A stretch of DNA of 64,000 nt, from positions 151,218,001-151,282,000 of the forward strand of contig OZ024741.1 in NCBI GenBank assembly GCA_964016885.1, in the 5' to 3' direction. Of this stretch, positions 1-13,574 are shown piece after piece. Below the pieces are notes generated by a model. The model saw only the letters and a list, made by a program, of their open reading frames with translations. It had not been told where the DNA came from and searched no databases. Position 1 is the first letter of the stretch. Every line of letters starts with the position of its first letter. Source of the DNA: Eledone cirrhosa. Lineage: Eukaryota. The position numbers and the translations under genes are program-made.

Positions 1-345
1 CATGTCTGCCGGCTAAAGATAGTCTTACTAATTATCAATAGTGTTCACAGCACCTATTTGCATCCAGCTCCCTGAAGAAAGTCATATTATGCCGTTTTGC
101 TGGCTTGCAAAAATTCATATATACCTGCATAACGTACTTACAAATTCGTGAAAGCAGCATGGATGTATGGTTGAGATGCTCGTAATCATTAGGCTCCGGG
201 TTGATTCACAGTGCGTGTATGTGTGCATCTCTCTCTCTCTCTCTTACCCCCTTCCTCTCTCTCTCTATATATATATACATATATACACATATATCTAATG
301 ACTTGATTTTTTATTTCATTGTTTTAACTTATATATATATATATA

Positions 346-730
346 CAGGTAAAATTCGGTTATAAGGATTACCATTATAACGAATTTTTCTGTATAACAA
401 ATTTTTTTTCAATCCCCGCCACACGCTCGATGTGTTGGGTCGATTTGGTTATAAAGAATGTTTCGTTACAACGAATTTCTCTGTATGTATATAAAGAATA
501 AGTTCGAAGTTTCAGTTCAACATGTTTTATTCGTAATCACACGTAACAAGTGTCTTGCAAATTACTAACTTAATCGGTTACGACCAGAATATGATTGAGA
601 TGAACATATTCCGAATCGAACTTCCATTTAGTTTAATGAGCAAATCAATCCTAATTTGCGAAACACGTGTTATGCGTGATTAGAAATAATATATGTCGAA
701 TTGAAACTTTGAAACATTTCTCTTTATAAA
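346..730. mobile_element. Possible pogo/Tigger-like MITE remnant with an internal degenerate inverted repeat
   Basis: TA followed by CAGGTAAAATTCGGTTATAAG, with repeated TTATAAC/ACGAAT sub-motifs as in Tigger-like TIRs. Degenerate IR at ~490-565 vs ~651-728. No clear right TIR. Confidence 0.3.
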
Positions 731-884
731 CATTCTGCATATTAAGCAATAACAAACAGATGTCAATGTTAGTACACAATTTCTAAAACGAAATATTCAA
801 AGCACCTATGAATATTGAATGCTGAAACAGGTTCCTATTATAGTAATTTGTATTATTCACCAACTGACCATAGAGCTGAATATT

Positions 885-885
<1 letters not shown>

Positions 886-940
<55 letters not shown>
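886..940. repeat. (CTAT)n microsatellite flanking the Tx1-like LINE
   Basis: Direct tandem repeat. Confidence 0.95.
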
Positions 941-941
<1 letters not shown>

Positions 942-2703
942 TAGAAGAGGCACTTAGGAGTGGCAACGTAGCCAGCGCGCTAGCGACGAGAACGGCCTTG
1001 GATCAGTTCTTCGACGCAAAGCATGAAGGCTGCGTTGTCAGAAGCAAAATACGTGCTCTGGGAAACGAGGGAGCTAAAGCTGTTAGTTGGGCCCGAGTGA
1101 CGGAGGCTAAAAGTGGCAACAAGTCGACGATTCGGTCTTTGAAGGACCAAGAAGGACGCGTGATACGTGAGCCAAAGCAAATGTGCTCGGCCTTTCAGCA
1201 GCACTTTGCTCAACTGTACGGGTAGGGCGGCACGCTGGGAGGGGCTATGGATTTCGGTCCATACCTCGACGGCCTACCGCGACTCTCGGACAGCGAGGTG
1301 AAGTTCTGCGAAAGGCCAATTTTGGCCGCTGAGATAGGGGACGCGCTGAGGCAATGCGGCAACGGAAATCACCAGGTCTCGACGGTCTACCTTACGAATT
1401 TTACGCAGCAATGCCGGACTTGTTCTCCGGTCTCCTGCAACTGGCAGCAGAACGGGAGAATTCCCAGTTCTATGACCAAGGACGTAATCACGTTAGTCAG
1501 GAAGGACGAGAACAAGGGGGATGGCATAGGCAACTTCCGGCCCATAACTCTGCTCAACACAGAGTTACAGATTTTGGCCAAGGTGTTGGCAGAGAGGCTG
1601 GCGCTTATCGTCGCAAACACTCGCTCAGGCTGCGGCACCTCCACGTATTCCTCACCAGACAACCGGTGTGGGCCCCGTTCGTGAGGCGTGCCTTCCCACG
1701 ACTCGTCTCGCTGACCGAGCTGCAGTCCTGCGTCAAGCAAAGGCCGAGGAAAATGGGCGACTGGCACATCGAATGTGCTCAGGCGCTCACAGTCCTCTGG
1801 CAAAGGGACCCGGCGATCAGTGGAGTCTACACTTCAACATTCTATAGAGGGTTGGTCCGCAGCAAGTGCGACGACGCGCTCGGAGAAACTCTAGGCGTAG
1901 AGGAGGACGAACTGGCCAGTCTGTTCGGTAGGACCTTCCGCCCGGGACCAATGGACAACTTCCAAAATTTCCCTGGCCTGCCAGTTCTACCGAGGAGCTC
2001 TACCAGTTCGAGACAAGCTCTACAGACACGGGCGCCCGGGTAGGGACCCTTCGAATAAGATCTGCCCGAGATGCGTGCGCGACGAGGAAACCGTCGCCCA
2101 CGCATTTGTACACTGCCCGGGCGTTACCAACCTGTGGGGATATGTAGAAGGACTATTGTCGCGGGTGAGACCAATCCAGTTGACCACCGAGTCCATTGTC
2201 ATGATCAAACCACCACCCTCCTTCAAAAACGAGGGAGAGGCGGTTTTCCTATGTGTTATGGCTATGGTGAAAGAGGTTATATGGTGGACGAGGTTAAAAG
2301 GGCTGAGGTCAGACACCTTTCTCTCCGGCCCGCAACTGATTCGTGTTTTCAAATATCATTTTGGAAGAAGAATCAGGATGGAGAGAGAGGTGCTGTACCC
2401 CAGCAAATTTTATAAAAGGTTCGTGAATGTGGCAAAGATGGCCCGAGTGGTTGGGTCTTCTCTCTCTATAAGCCTGTAGGTTGAGGAAAAAGAGGAAGAG
2501 AGGAAGGCAGTACTCACTCTTGGTGCTCCTGGAGATGAGGGTTGTACATTTTTCGGGGTGTGTACAACCCCTGTGTAACCCCCCCCCCCCCTATTGGGGA
2601 TATCAATTGTTATTTGTTATTTTATTAATAGTTTTATTTTCATATACCTGTATGTAAACTCCCCATTTGAATTTGTCCCCTTCTTTTATGCTAATAAAGA
2701 AAT
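941..2703 (+). mobile_element. L1/Tx1-like LINE ORF2 remnant, 5'-truncated and internally deleted
   Basis: Frameshifted peptides KSPGLDGLPYEFY and GNFRPITLLNTELQILAKVLAERL (RT N-terminal blocks); C-terminal zinc knuckle CPRCVRDEETVAHAFVHC; stop at 2479; 3' UTR with AATAAA near 2693. No RT catalytic YADD block is present. Confidence 0.85.
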
Positions 2704-2848
2704 TTATCTATATTACGTGTATGCATTTGTTTATATGTATGTAAACAAAAAGTAAACAGATATAACAAAGCAATCAACACAGTACAATGAAGAAATATAT
2801 TAGTTTAACGCTTGATATGTTTATATATATTATTATTATTATTATTAT

Positions 2849-2904
<56 letters not shown>

Positions 2905-2908
<4 letters not shown>

Positions 2909-3040
2909 GATAATTTCTCCCGAATGAAACAGTTCTAGTTCTGTAGGGGTCTTTTATCTATTAAATATTTATACTCTGCTTTGTATTGAGTACCTTACTG
3001 TGGTACTGTGGTTACCCCGATTGAACCCGGGATAAACTTA
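2905..3040 (+). mobile_element. HHR-bearing short repeat (family A, putative PLE pLTR fragment) in (TA)n
   Basis: Homologous to 20353-20470, 61572-61625 and 62521-62648. Reads CTGATAA-tttc..gaat-GAAAc..GTT. Its 3' end recurs inverted at 3762-3806. Confidence 0.7.
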
Positions 3041-3257
3041 TATATATATATATATATAGGAAAGAGATATTTATGGAAGGAAAGAGATATTTATTTAATA
3101 ATGTCTCATATAAAATAATACAACCAGCTATCCACGAAATACTCATTAGTTAGCACCCCAAACACTAAATTGGGATAATACTTAGGTATATCCTAATGTT
3201 TGTTGAGTGAGATGGAGTTGGTCGGAGTATCGTTTAAGGCTTTCTCTGTTTATGTAT

Positions 3258-3294
<37 letters not shown>

Positions 3295-3295
3295 C

Positions 3296-3730
3296 TAAGG
3301 CGGGTAAAATTCCCGAGATCCATGGACGAGTTCTCTCCAGCGGTCTCTGTCCCTCATTATCGCTGCCATGTCCTGCCTCTCCAACAGATCAGTGTCTGTC
3401 CTTAGGGCATCAACATACGTTACCTTGGTCTTCATCTTCTAGTGTGTCCATGTAGGGGCTCCCAAAGGAGCACTGAGTGCAATGTCAACTCTGGATGTAG
3501 TGGAGTCTGTGCTGCTGCATGGGTCTGAGACTTGGACACTGACCAAGAAACTCACTCAGATGGTGGATGGGTGCTACACGAGAATGCTGAGGATGGCTCT
3601 GAACATTAATCAGTATACACAGAGGATGAAAAACTCAGAGCTGTATGGGAGCATCCCAAAAGTCAGCTCAAAAGTGACACAGAAGAGATTGAGGTTAGCT
3701 GGACATGCTCACCGACATCCAGAGTTGACA
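3296..3730 (-). mobile_element. RTE-clade LINE 3' end with inverted 5' segment
   Basis: Plus strand ~3498-3730 encodes VESVLLHGSETWTLTKK...RLRLAGHAHRHPELT. Minus strand ~3497-3296 encodes the continuation HPELTLHSVLLWEP...MRDRDRWRELV to a stop, then (TA)n. Confidence 0.85.
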
Positions 3731-3809
3731 CACACACACATATATATATATATATAAGTATATAAGTTTATCTCGGGTTCAATTGGGGGGTTACCACAGA
3801 ACCATAATT

Positions 3810-3865
<56 letters not shown>

Positions 3866-4187
3866 TATTTAAGAAGAATACATCAATGGTTCATTGTTGT
3901 TTTGAATATGAAAAGCCACGAAGTATCATTCTACAGGGTAAAACATTACTTTCTTTTGTTTTATTTGTCATCGTTTGCCCTTTATATATATATCTATAGT
4001 ATTGTACCGGCTTTTTGAATCTTATATGTCGTTTTTTTATTACACACACACACACACGCACACACACAAACACACACACATACACACATACATATATATA
4101 TATATATGTGTGTGTGTGTATATATGTGTGTTTGTGTGAATTTCAAATGACCAAAATACAATATACACACACACATACACACACACA

Positions 4188-4225
<38 letters not shown>

Positions 4226-4346
4226 TATATAATCGTACAGCAAATAATTATTTATTTAAAGAGATTACTTGTGTGAGCACAGAATTTCCCACAGAGATTA
4301 TGGGCTGAAGTTGCTAACCGTTCAAATATATATACATATGCACACA

Positions 4347-4458
<112 letters not shown>

Positions 4459-4846
4459 CACACATACACACACACACACACACACACCCCCACGCACATC
4501 TACACACACACACATCTAGACACAAACACACATATATACTTTGTATATTTTACTTATATATGTGTATATATAAATGTACATATAAATTACCTGTATATAT
4601 GTATATATAAAAATATGGAAATGAATGTTGGTATTTAATATTAATATTATGTTAATCTTCCATCAGTGACACCAACTCAAACCACGCTGGCATGTTTATA
4701 TAGCTTCTCATACACACCTCTATTATAAAAGTCTATTTTAGTGCTAGCGCCAATGAAATACAGCACGCCCAGCTCGCACTATATGCAAATGATAATCACC
4801 AGCAAATGATCATTGAGTAAAATTCTATTTTATGCCAGCACGGATT

Positions 4847-4906
4847 CAGTAAATGTCACTGATGAAAGATCAACAAATCGTGAAAGAGCGCTGTATGACA
4901 TTGCTG
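4847..4906 (+). ncRNA. Type I hammerhead ribozyme motif
   Basis: aatgtca CTGATGA aagatcaacaaatcgt GAAA gagcgctg TA tgacatt. Stem I is a perfect 7 bp; stem III is a near-palindrome (one change from cagcgctg); cleavage triplet GUA. Confidence 0.75.
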
Positions 4907-5073
4907 TAAATAAACGTATTTTATATGTTTATATATGTTTTAATATACGCCTATATTATATCTAAATGTTGTTTTAGTGCTATCGCCAATTATATATATA
5001 TAATTATATATATTGGTCGAGAAAAGAATTTGGGCGTTCTGACTGCTGCTAGTTATAGCGGTAGCAGACTGAC

Positions 5074-5265
5074 CTCCCTGCTTTTGCTTCTATCTTTACA
5101 CACGGCACTTGAAGGAATTGCTTCCACTTCATTTATTCTCATCTCGGAAACAATTTTGAATAGCGCCAGTTCGTAATTTGAACTCGGGAATTTTATATTC
5201 TCCGAGTGAAAAGATCCTTCTGACGAGAGTTTATCTTTGCAATGGATGCCGTAAGGACTGTCCAT
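5074..5265 (-). CDS. Weak candidate host coding exon
   Basis: ATG-initiated, non-repetitive 64-codon stretch (MDSPYGIHCKDK...RSKSRE) ending at GAG|GTCAGT. No recognisable homology. Confidence 0.2.
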
Positions 5266-5367
5266 TTGTTTTTGAGAATCGAAACCGATTCGGTAAAGGT
5301 AACCATAGTGAGTAAAGTTAATTTTTTAAAATTTATTTTGAAACTTTTTCTTATTTGCTAAACCTTG

Positions 5368-5425
<58 letters not shown>

Positions 5426-5799
5426 GTTCGCGCTAAAATCAATCTAAACATTCACGTGACTTCTACCGACCAATCAAAATTGTTTCCTATGTATATTTCA
5501 AATGATGACAATTCAGATAGACTAGTAAGTCCACAACTCGTTTCTAATGTGTTTCTCACTACAATGTTACAATATGACAGTTGCTATGACCAAAGTCTTT
5601 GTAGTAATCGCACAATGTGGCATTTATGTATAAATATAAATCTGCGTGTATATATGTGTGTGTGTATATATATATATATAAGTATACATATACATATAAA
5701 TATGCACGGGCACACATATGTATATATATGCTTGCGTAATTCACTCTGTATTTATTAGTGAACCAATCAAATTATCGTTATCATACATTGTATTACTTC

Positions 5800-5852
<53 letters not shown>

Positions 5853-6138
5853 ATATGTATGCATATGATGCAGTATATATCATATATATATATCATATAT
5901 ACGTCATCACTCTTTATCTCCTTTTCTCTCTTACTGTGTGTGTATATATATTTATATAAATATATGTGTGTGTGCATGTTTTTAATTTGTATGTATATAC
6001 ACATGCATATATATGAATATATATATGTATATATATGGTCAATTATATATGTATGTATATATGTATGTCTGAATGCATGAATACATGTATATGCGCATGA
6101 ATATGTATGTTCATACGTGTATAAGTTATGTATATATA

Positions 6139-6184
<46 letters not shown>

Positions 6185-6478
6185 ACACACACATATATAT
6201 GTGTAAATATATATATATATATTTGCACACACACACACACAAATATTTATATATATATATGTATATATATATACATAACTTATACACGCATAAACATACA
6301 TATTCATGCCATGCGCATATACATGTATGCATGCATTCAGACATACATATATACATACATATATAAGTGAATATACATATATATATATACATATAGGTAT
6401 ATATATAAACACAAACTAACAAGTATTTTCTCGAATATACAATTATTCAATATTTAAATGGAAACTAGATAGACATAT

Positions 6479-6530
<52 letters not shown>

Positions 6531-6545
6531 GAGAGAAAGAGAGAG

Positions 6546-6644
<99 letters not shown>

Positions 6645-6946
6645 AATACTTATATATTTGCACCACGACAACACTGCTTTTTTTTAGATAAGAAAAATGG
6701 CGACCATATATGTGTTGATACGAGATAATTTATTGTATGTGTGAATATACAGAGGCTTGGTTGTTACATTCAGAGCGAAACCGGAAGTAACAGGGAAATT
6801 AATAAACATTATTCCACAAATAACATGCCGAAATGTTACTAATAGCAAACAATAAAAATATAAAAATGTTAAAAATGATGATGATGTTGAGGATGATGTT
6901 GTTGTTGTTGTTGATGAGGATGATGATGGTGGTGGTGGTGATGGTG

Positions 6947-6994
<48 letters not shown>

Positions 6995-7035
6995 GTGAGG
7001 ATGATAAGGATGATCATGGTGAGGATATTAATAAT

Positions 7036-7155
7036 AATGATTTCTGATTTAGGCACACGGCCAGCAATTTTGGGGAGGGGAAAAATCTGTGCGTGACTGG
7101 TACTTCCTTTTATCGACCCCGTAAGAATGAAAGGCAAAGCTAACCTTGGCGGGAT
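7036..7155 (-). mobile_element. SINE fragment (Nin/Deu-like core)
   Basis: Reverse complement of the GCCTTTCATCCTTACGGGGTCGATAAA core plus the family tail. Confidence 0.8.
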
Positions 7156-7186
7156 TAATAATAATAATATTTATAATAATAATGAT

Positions 7187-8215
7187 TATATTTTTCTTAA
7201 AGAAATATTTTGACAATCCATCAACTCACAGTTCCGAATAGGAAATAGACTAAGAGACATTACCATAGCCAGAGTTGATGTGAAGGACCAAGTGGCCAAT
7301 GTACCAAACACGAAAGTTCCCTGTTGGGATGGGATCCATGGCTTTTGGCTGAAAAGTAAAAGTGCAATGCAGTTTATAAAAACTGGCAACTCAACTGAAT
7401 GAATGTGTCCAGAGCGTTACAGTTCCCCGCTGAATGGTAAGGGGAGGAACAAAGCTTATAATAAAAGATAGAAGTGAGGGGAATGTTACAAGAAACTACG
7501 TCCTATAGAATGCCTGAACATAATATGGAAGGTACTTACTGAAATATTTGCGGGGAAAATATATACCTTCCTTTTATAGGAAGGAATATGACCAAAGGAA
7601 GAACAAAAAGGTATAGTAGAAGATCCCAGTGTACTAAGCATAACTTGGTGAGTTATGAGGCATTGTATAAAGAAAGCCCCATACCAACACCTCTATGGCT
7701 TGGATTGACTTTCTTTAAGAAGGCATATATTATGGTGCTTCATTCTTGTATTGGTGAATGCCTGTAGTTATGTGGTATTTCTGACAACATCACAAACGTT
7801 CTTCTCATTAGTATGCTAGAGTGGAAGACCAAGTTGTACTCGAGCACTATATTCCCCGGTGAAGTAGAAATCAAAAGGGGTATCTCCCAAGTTTACTTAT
7901 TTTCACCATTACTGTTTATCATTGGCTTTATACCTATAACACTGACAATTAGGAAGTTTTAATGGGTTACAAATGTGAATATAAAAGACTATTCCTAAAC
8001 GATCTTCTGTTTATAGATGAATTGAAACTGTTTGGGAAGTCCAAAAGCCAGATAGCTTCTTTGGTTAAAACTGTCTAGATATGTAACAGTGATATCGGAG
8101 GAGAATTTCGGATCTCCAAATGCTCTGAGCTCAATATGAAAAGAGGGAAAGGGTTGTAGAACGAAATCTCAAGGCAGAAAAGATCATCTCGCAATTGATA
8201 GAGTGGTCCTGTGGA
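7187..8215 (+). pseudogene. Degenerate R4/Dong-type LINE RT fragment
   Basis: Broken peptides GIHGFWLK, ECLNIIWKVLT, AWIDF, EIKRGISQ and DLLFIDELKLFG; starts after a (TAA)n tract. Confidence 0.7.
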
Positions 8216-11200
8216 ATTGTAAGATACAGCAAACTAATCTAGCTATATATTACAACTCTTCATATTATAAAAATAGCGAAAGTTGTATTCAAAAGAATTA
8301 CCTAGACGTACGGATAAACTTAAGAAAGCATTGTACGAAGAGCGATGAGCACAAAAATGTACAAATGTAGAAGCACAAAGGCCGGTACCCAACAAAAATG
8401 ATAACATTCTAAATGATGGGACAGAACTTTTCCCTCAAGTGTCACAAACAAAATCAAAAGAGAAGAAATGGATACTATCAAATTTAATGAGATATATTAA
8501 AAGCAAATATATATGTATATCAAACATCAAAATAGAACACCCAAAGGAACACAACGAAAACAAATGACGAACACAAAATAACGAACGAACATTAATACAT
8601 TGAGGATTTAAAACATGAAGATGAAACATATCGAAAACAGATAAAATAAACAGCAAAACACAACAATCATCAACTCTAAAACTCATACAGAGTAATAATA
8701 AACAAAAACCGATTCATGAGAAAATACAAATGAAAAGAGGCATGAGGAGAAATGTGTGGGAAAATGAAACCCTAAATACGAAACTCAAAACTGCAATAGG
8801 ATAAAACTGGAAATTATCCAAGTCCTCCAAACAATAGATCTCCTTAAGTATCAAAGAATACATCTCACAAATATAAAACAAGTTAATAATAAAATAGCGA
8901 AAATTATTTAAAAAAAAAATGCTAATCTAGACATATATACTTAATAAGCACAAATAGAAACATTAGTATCACAAGACTAAATAATATAATGTATGCTGTA
9001 GATGCTGCTGTTAAGGAGGTGAGAGGGTATCCTCTTAGATCTACACAAACAACAATAACAAAACCCACACAAACATGGGAATCAAATATACAAAATGAAA
9101 TAGAAAATAAAAAAGACCCCTCAATCTTAAACAGAATATGAAAGAATGCATCAAAACTAGGAACAGGAAAGTAAATAAAAATACTAAAGAAATATAACAG
9201 AAAAATTAAGGAAAGCTCAAAACGATAAATTGTTGCATTCTTTCATAATCTGTTTAAGATTGAGGGATCTTTTTTATTTTCTATTTCATTTTGTATATTT
9301 GATTCCCATGTTTGTGTGGGTTTTGTTATTGTTGTTTGTGTAGATCTAAGAGGATACCCTCTCACCTCCTTAAATAATCCAGAAATAAGAAAATTGCCAA
9401 ATGTGTTTTGAACAAAACCAGGTATTTCATTCCACCTAAAATGACTCTACCTGGAACTTAAGAGGATTAAAATAGAGGTAAATATATCCCTGAAAGTAAA
9501 AGAATATGTGGAATAATTCTATAGAAGATTATGGGTAGAAGAAGGGAAATTATCTTGCACAGAACTAGCAATAACAATGGATCCAGCACCTAAACAATTG
9601 CAGGAATTTATTACATTAGATGATGTGTCTACCGCACTGAAAAGAAACAATTGGAAGGCACGGGTATATAACAAGGTTCCAAACGTTTGGTTGAAATATT
9701 TAATAGGAACACATAGTGACCTTCCAAAAAAGTTTAAAGAGATGCGGACAGAGCCGGAACAAACACATTACTGGCTCACTAAGGGAAAAACCAACCTGAT
9801 TCCCACAAATAATGACACTGCAAAACCTTAAAACTACAAGCCAATAACATACATTCCTTTACATATAATACTTGAACTGAAATGGTATTGCAGAAGCTTA
9901 CTAAACAGCTGGAAAAAACAACTTGCTTCCAGAAGAACAAAACGGCTGCTGTAACGGCTCATATGGCTGTAAAGCCCCGTTGTTAATCAATAAAGCCATA
10001 ACCAAAGACTGCGAAAAAAACGAATTCCTGAGCATGGCATGGATTATCTATCAAAAGTCGTTTGACTGGGTTCCCCATACGTGGATACTGAATACAATTG
10101 CCATAAATAAAGTAGCGGCAACAACAAAAACATTTATCAAGCATGCCAAGAGTAAGTGGCAAACAGTTCTTTAGATGAAGGATGGAACCATAAAAACTGA
10201 GCGTATCCCAATCAACAAAAGGATATTTCAAGGGACTCTCTATTACCAATACATTTTTGACTAGAACTGACACCATTACCTGAGTCAACAGACATGGACT
10301 AAGTGTAAATGCGACAAGAAAATTAACCAACTTCTGTATATGCATGATTTAAAGCTGTTTGCTACAGACGAGAGACAACTCGAAACACTTTTACAAACAG
10401 TACATGGATTCACAAAGAAATAGGCATGACATTTGAACTAGAAACCTGTACCAAGGCAACTCTGAAGAGAGGAAAACTAGTTAAAAATACTAATAATATG
10501 CTATATAAAAAACTTAGATGAGAGAATTAGATCAAACACAGACATACGCATACTCAGGAATCAACGCACAAGGGGGAGTTCAATACACATAATTGAAAGA
10601 AAAGATCAGAAAAAATACTATAGATGGATTAGATTACTACTCAAAACAGAAGAAATCCAAAGAATAAGCCAATTGGCATCGATACTCTAGCGATTTCAGT
10701 AGTAAGCTACAGTTTTAATTTTCTGAACTGGTCACTATAAGAACTAGCGGGAATAGTCAGAAAAAAAAATAATGGCTGCATTTAGAATGCACCATCCAAA
10801 ATCAGACGTGAACATATTATACCTCCCACAACTACAAGGACCAAGATGTCTAGAAAACTATTATTAAATAACTACTGTAGGACTAAAAATGTATCCAATG
10901 AAGAACAAAGGAAAGTTAATAGAAATAGCCGCCAAACAGGAACAAATCAAAAGATTGTTATCTGTCTTCAAAGAAGCCAACAAATTCAAAACAGAAACTG
11001 ATTGACAGATAGCTGTGGAGAAAATGAAATCAATGAAGAAACAACAACAGATATTGTAAAAACAAAATCTAAATTAAAAGGAGACCTCCAGAATGAGATG
11101 TTAAAACGTTGACAAGAAAAACCCTTACATGGCCAATACCTGAAATATCTGAATAGAGAGGAAGTAACCAAACACAACTCACAAACCTGGCTTTGAACCA

Positions 11201-11720
11201 CTGGACTAAACGCCGAGACGGAAGGATTTTTAATCGCAGCACAAGACCAAAGCCTCCCCACCAGAAATGATCAGAAATGCATAATGAAGCAGGACAGAGA
11301 AAGTAACCGAAGAATATGTGGAGTTGGGGAAGAAACAATTAGTCACGTTAAGTCTGGATATCCAGTCTTAGCCAAAAAGGAATCTGTCCACAGATATGAT
11401 AGATTTGAGATTTATATACACTGGAGGTTATGCCGACATTACGAAATACCAACAGAAAAAAAGCAACCATACTCTGGTATACGACAATACGCTCTGCCAG
11501 GGAGATCAAAGCTAACTGACAAGTCATTATAGTCAAAGAGCACAGGGAAAAGAAAGATACTTTCTAACTGGGGTATTAATCCCCACAGACGACAATATAT
11601 ATACCACGGAAATGGAGAAACTACCCAAATATAAAGATATAAAGATAGAAATTACCCGAATGTGGATGATGAAAACTGAAAAAAAAACACCTATAATAAT
11701 AGGTGTTCTGGGAATGATAA
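8216..11720 (+). mobile_element. Degenerate long R4/Dong-type LINE (RT, CCHC, restriction-like endonuclease)
   Basis: LPEEQNGC, LSMAWIIYQKSFDWVPHTWIL, QLLYMHDLKLFA, LHGQY, ETEGFLIAAQDQSLPTRN, RICGVGEETISHV. Many stops and frameshifts. Confidence 0.85.
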
Positions 11721-11732
11721 AAAATTACTACT

Positions 11733-12417
11733 AATAATTGTTTCTACTTCAGGCACAAGGCCAGCAATTACCCAGTGCATTACTGGTACTTTATTTTATC
11801 GACCCCATAAGGATGAAAGGCAAAGTCAACCTCAGCGGGATTTGAACTCAGATCGTAAAGGGACGTAACTATGCTGGAAAGCATGGCGTCCGACCCTCTA
11901 CCGATACTGCCAATCCACTGCCCTATTACTACTAATAATAATGGTTTCTACTATAGGCACGACGTCAGCAATTTTTTTGTGGAATAGTCGATTAAATCGA
12001 CCCCAGTGCATACTGGTGCTTTATTTTATCGACTCCATAAGGACAAAGCTAACCGCGGCGGGATTTGAACTCAGAACGTTAAGGGCCATAAATTTATGCC
12101 ACGAAGCAGAACGTCCGACGCTCTACTGGTTCTACCAATTCACCGCCCTCAATGAACAATACTAACCTCATCTACAATAATGGTGATCGTGGTGATGGTA
12201 GTAATATTGGTTTCTTATATAGACACAAGGCCAGTGATTTTTGGGGAGGGGAAAGTCGATTAAATCGACCCCAGTGCGTGACTGGTACTTTATTTTATCG
12301 ACCCCGTGAGGATGAAAGGCAATGGGCGGGATTTGAACTCAGATCATAAAGGGCCGTAACTCTTTGCTGCAAAGCATAGCGTCCGACTCTCTACCGATAC
12401 TGCCAATCCACCGCCCT
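11733..12417 (-). mobile_element. Three tandem tRNA-headed SINEs (11733-11923, 11940-12149, 12205-12417)
   Basis: Each has an A-box-like GGATTGGCAGTATCGG, a B box GAGTTCAAATCC, the core GCCTTTCATCC...GGGGTCGATAAA and the tail GCCTTGTGCC...AGAAAC. Confidence 0.9.
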
Positions 12418-12876
12418 GGTGATGGTAGTAATATTAATAGTCAACTTTCTCAATGGGATTTAGAAACTACAATAAACATCTTTCACTCTAAATCATCGTT
12501 TAAATGCATTTTTTCGACTGTTGATTTGTCAATGTAGCATCGTAGTAGTTTACAATAAGCTAACATACGTTGAAAAACGTTTACTCTCTTTATGTTTATA
12601 GTGTAGATATTCAAGCCGAACCAACTGCTAAGAGAATAGGCGTCGTAACATGTCTCTGCCATTTATCAGTTGATATTAAGATAAGATCTGCGCCCTATTA
12701 CATAGTCTAAAAAAATTGTATGAAATGGTATTGTAGGAATTCATTTTCTAGAGCGGGGCTCATCGAAACAACTTCCGAAGTTAACCGCCGTTGATTGAAG
12801 TTCTTCACCAACTATATTTAGTACGTGAGCATTTGCTGTACAAACGTACACACGCATACTTACACACACACACACA

Positions 12877-12916
<40 letters not shown>

Positions 12917-13200
12917 CGCACACAAATACACATACGCACACACAGACACACAGACACGCACACGCGTACACAAACACACACACACACACACATAGACACA
13001 GACACATACATATATATGTCTGCGTGTATGTGTATGTGTGTGTGTACAGCAGTACATCACGTATTAAATATAGTAGGAGGAAAAACTTCAATCAACTGAG
13101 GCTATGTGTGTATGTATGTATGTATGTATGTATGAATGTATGTGTGTGTATGAATGTGTGTGTGTATGTATGTGTGTATGAGTGTATGTATGTATGTATA

Positions 13201-13487
13201 AAGAACCCCTAGCCTTTGTCAGGGCATTCTTCTAGTAGAAGGCAACTCAGGAAACTGGAATAACTCCGACATAAAACCTGCAGCTCAGTAGTTGCCGATG
13301 ATGTTGACTTTTTCTTCTTTTCGGGTTTTAGCTACTGTCGCTCAGAGAGTGGGATTGGCTCAGTGCACAGTCTTTCCTCACTTAAAAAATATCTTCATAC
13401 ACAGGCGTTGTACGATAGCATTAACTGATAATTATTAATAATGTTATATCATGCAATGGCCATACTCGATAACGAAGGAGCAGCCAT
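13201..13487 (-). mobile_element. Short non-coding element embedded in (CATA)n
   Basis: Bounded by (TATG)n on both sides. Shares several blocks with 13575-13990, including the 3' end CAAAGGCTA(A)GGGG. Confidence 0.6.
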
Positions 13488-13574
13488 GATGTATGCATGC
13501 ATGCATGTATGTATGTATGAATGTATGTATGTATGTATGTATGTATGTATGTATGTATGTATGTATGTATGTAT

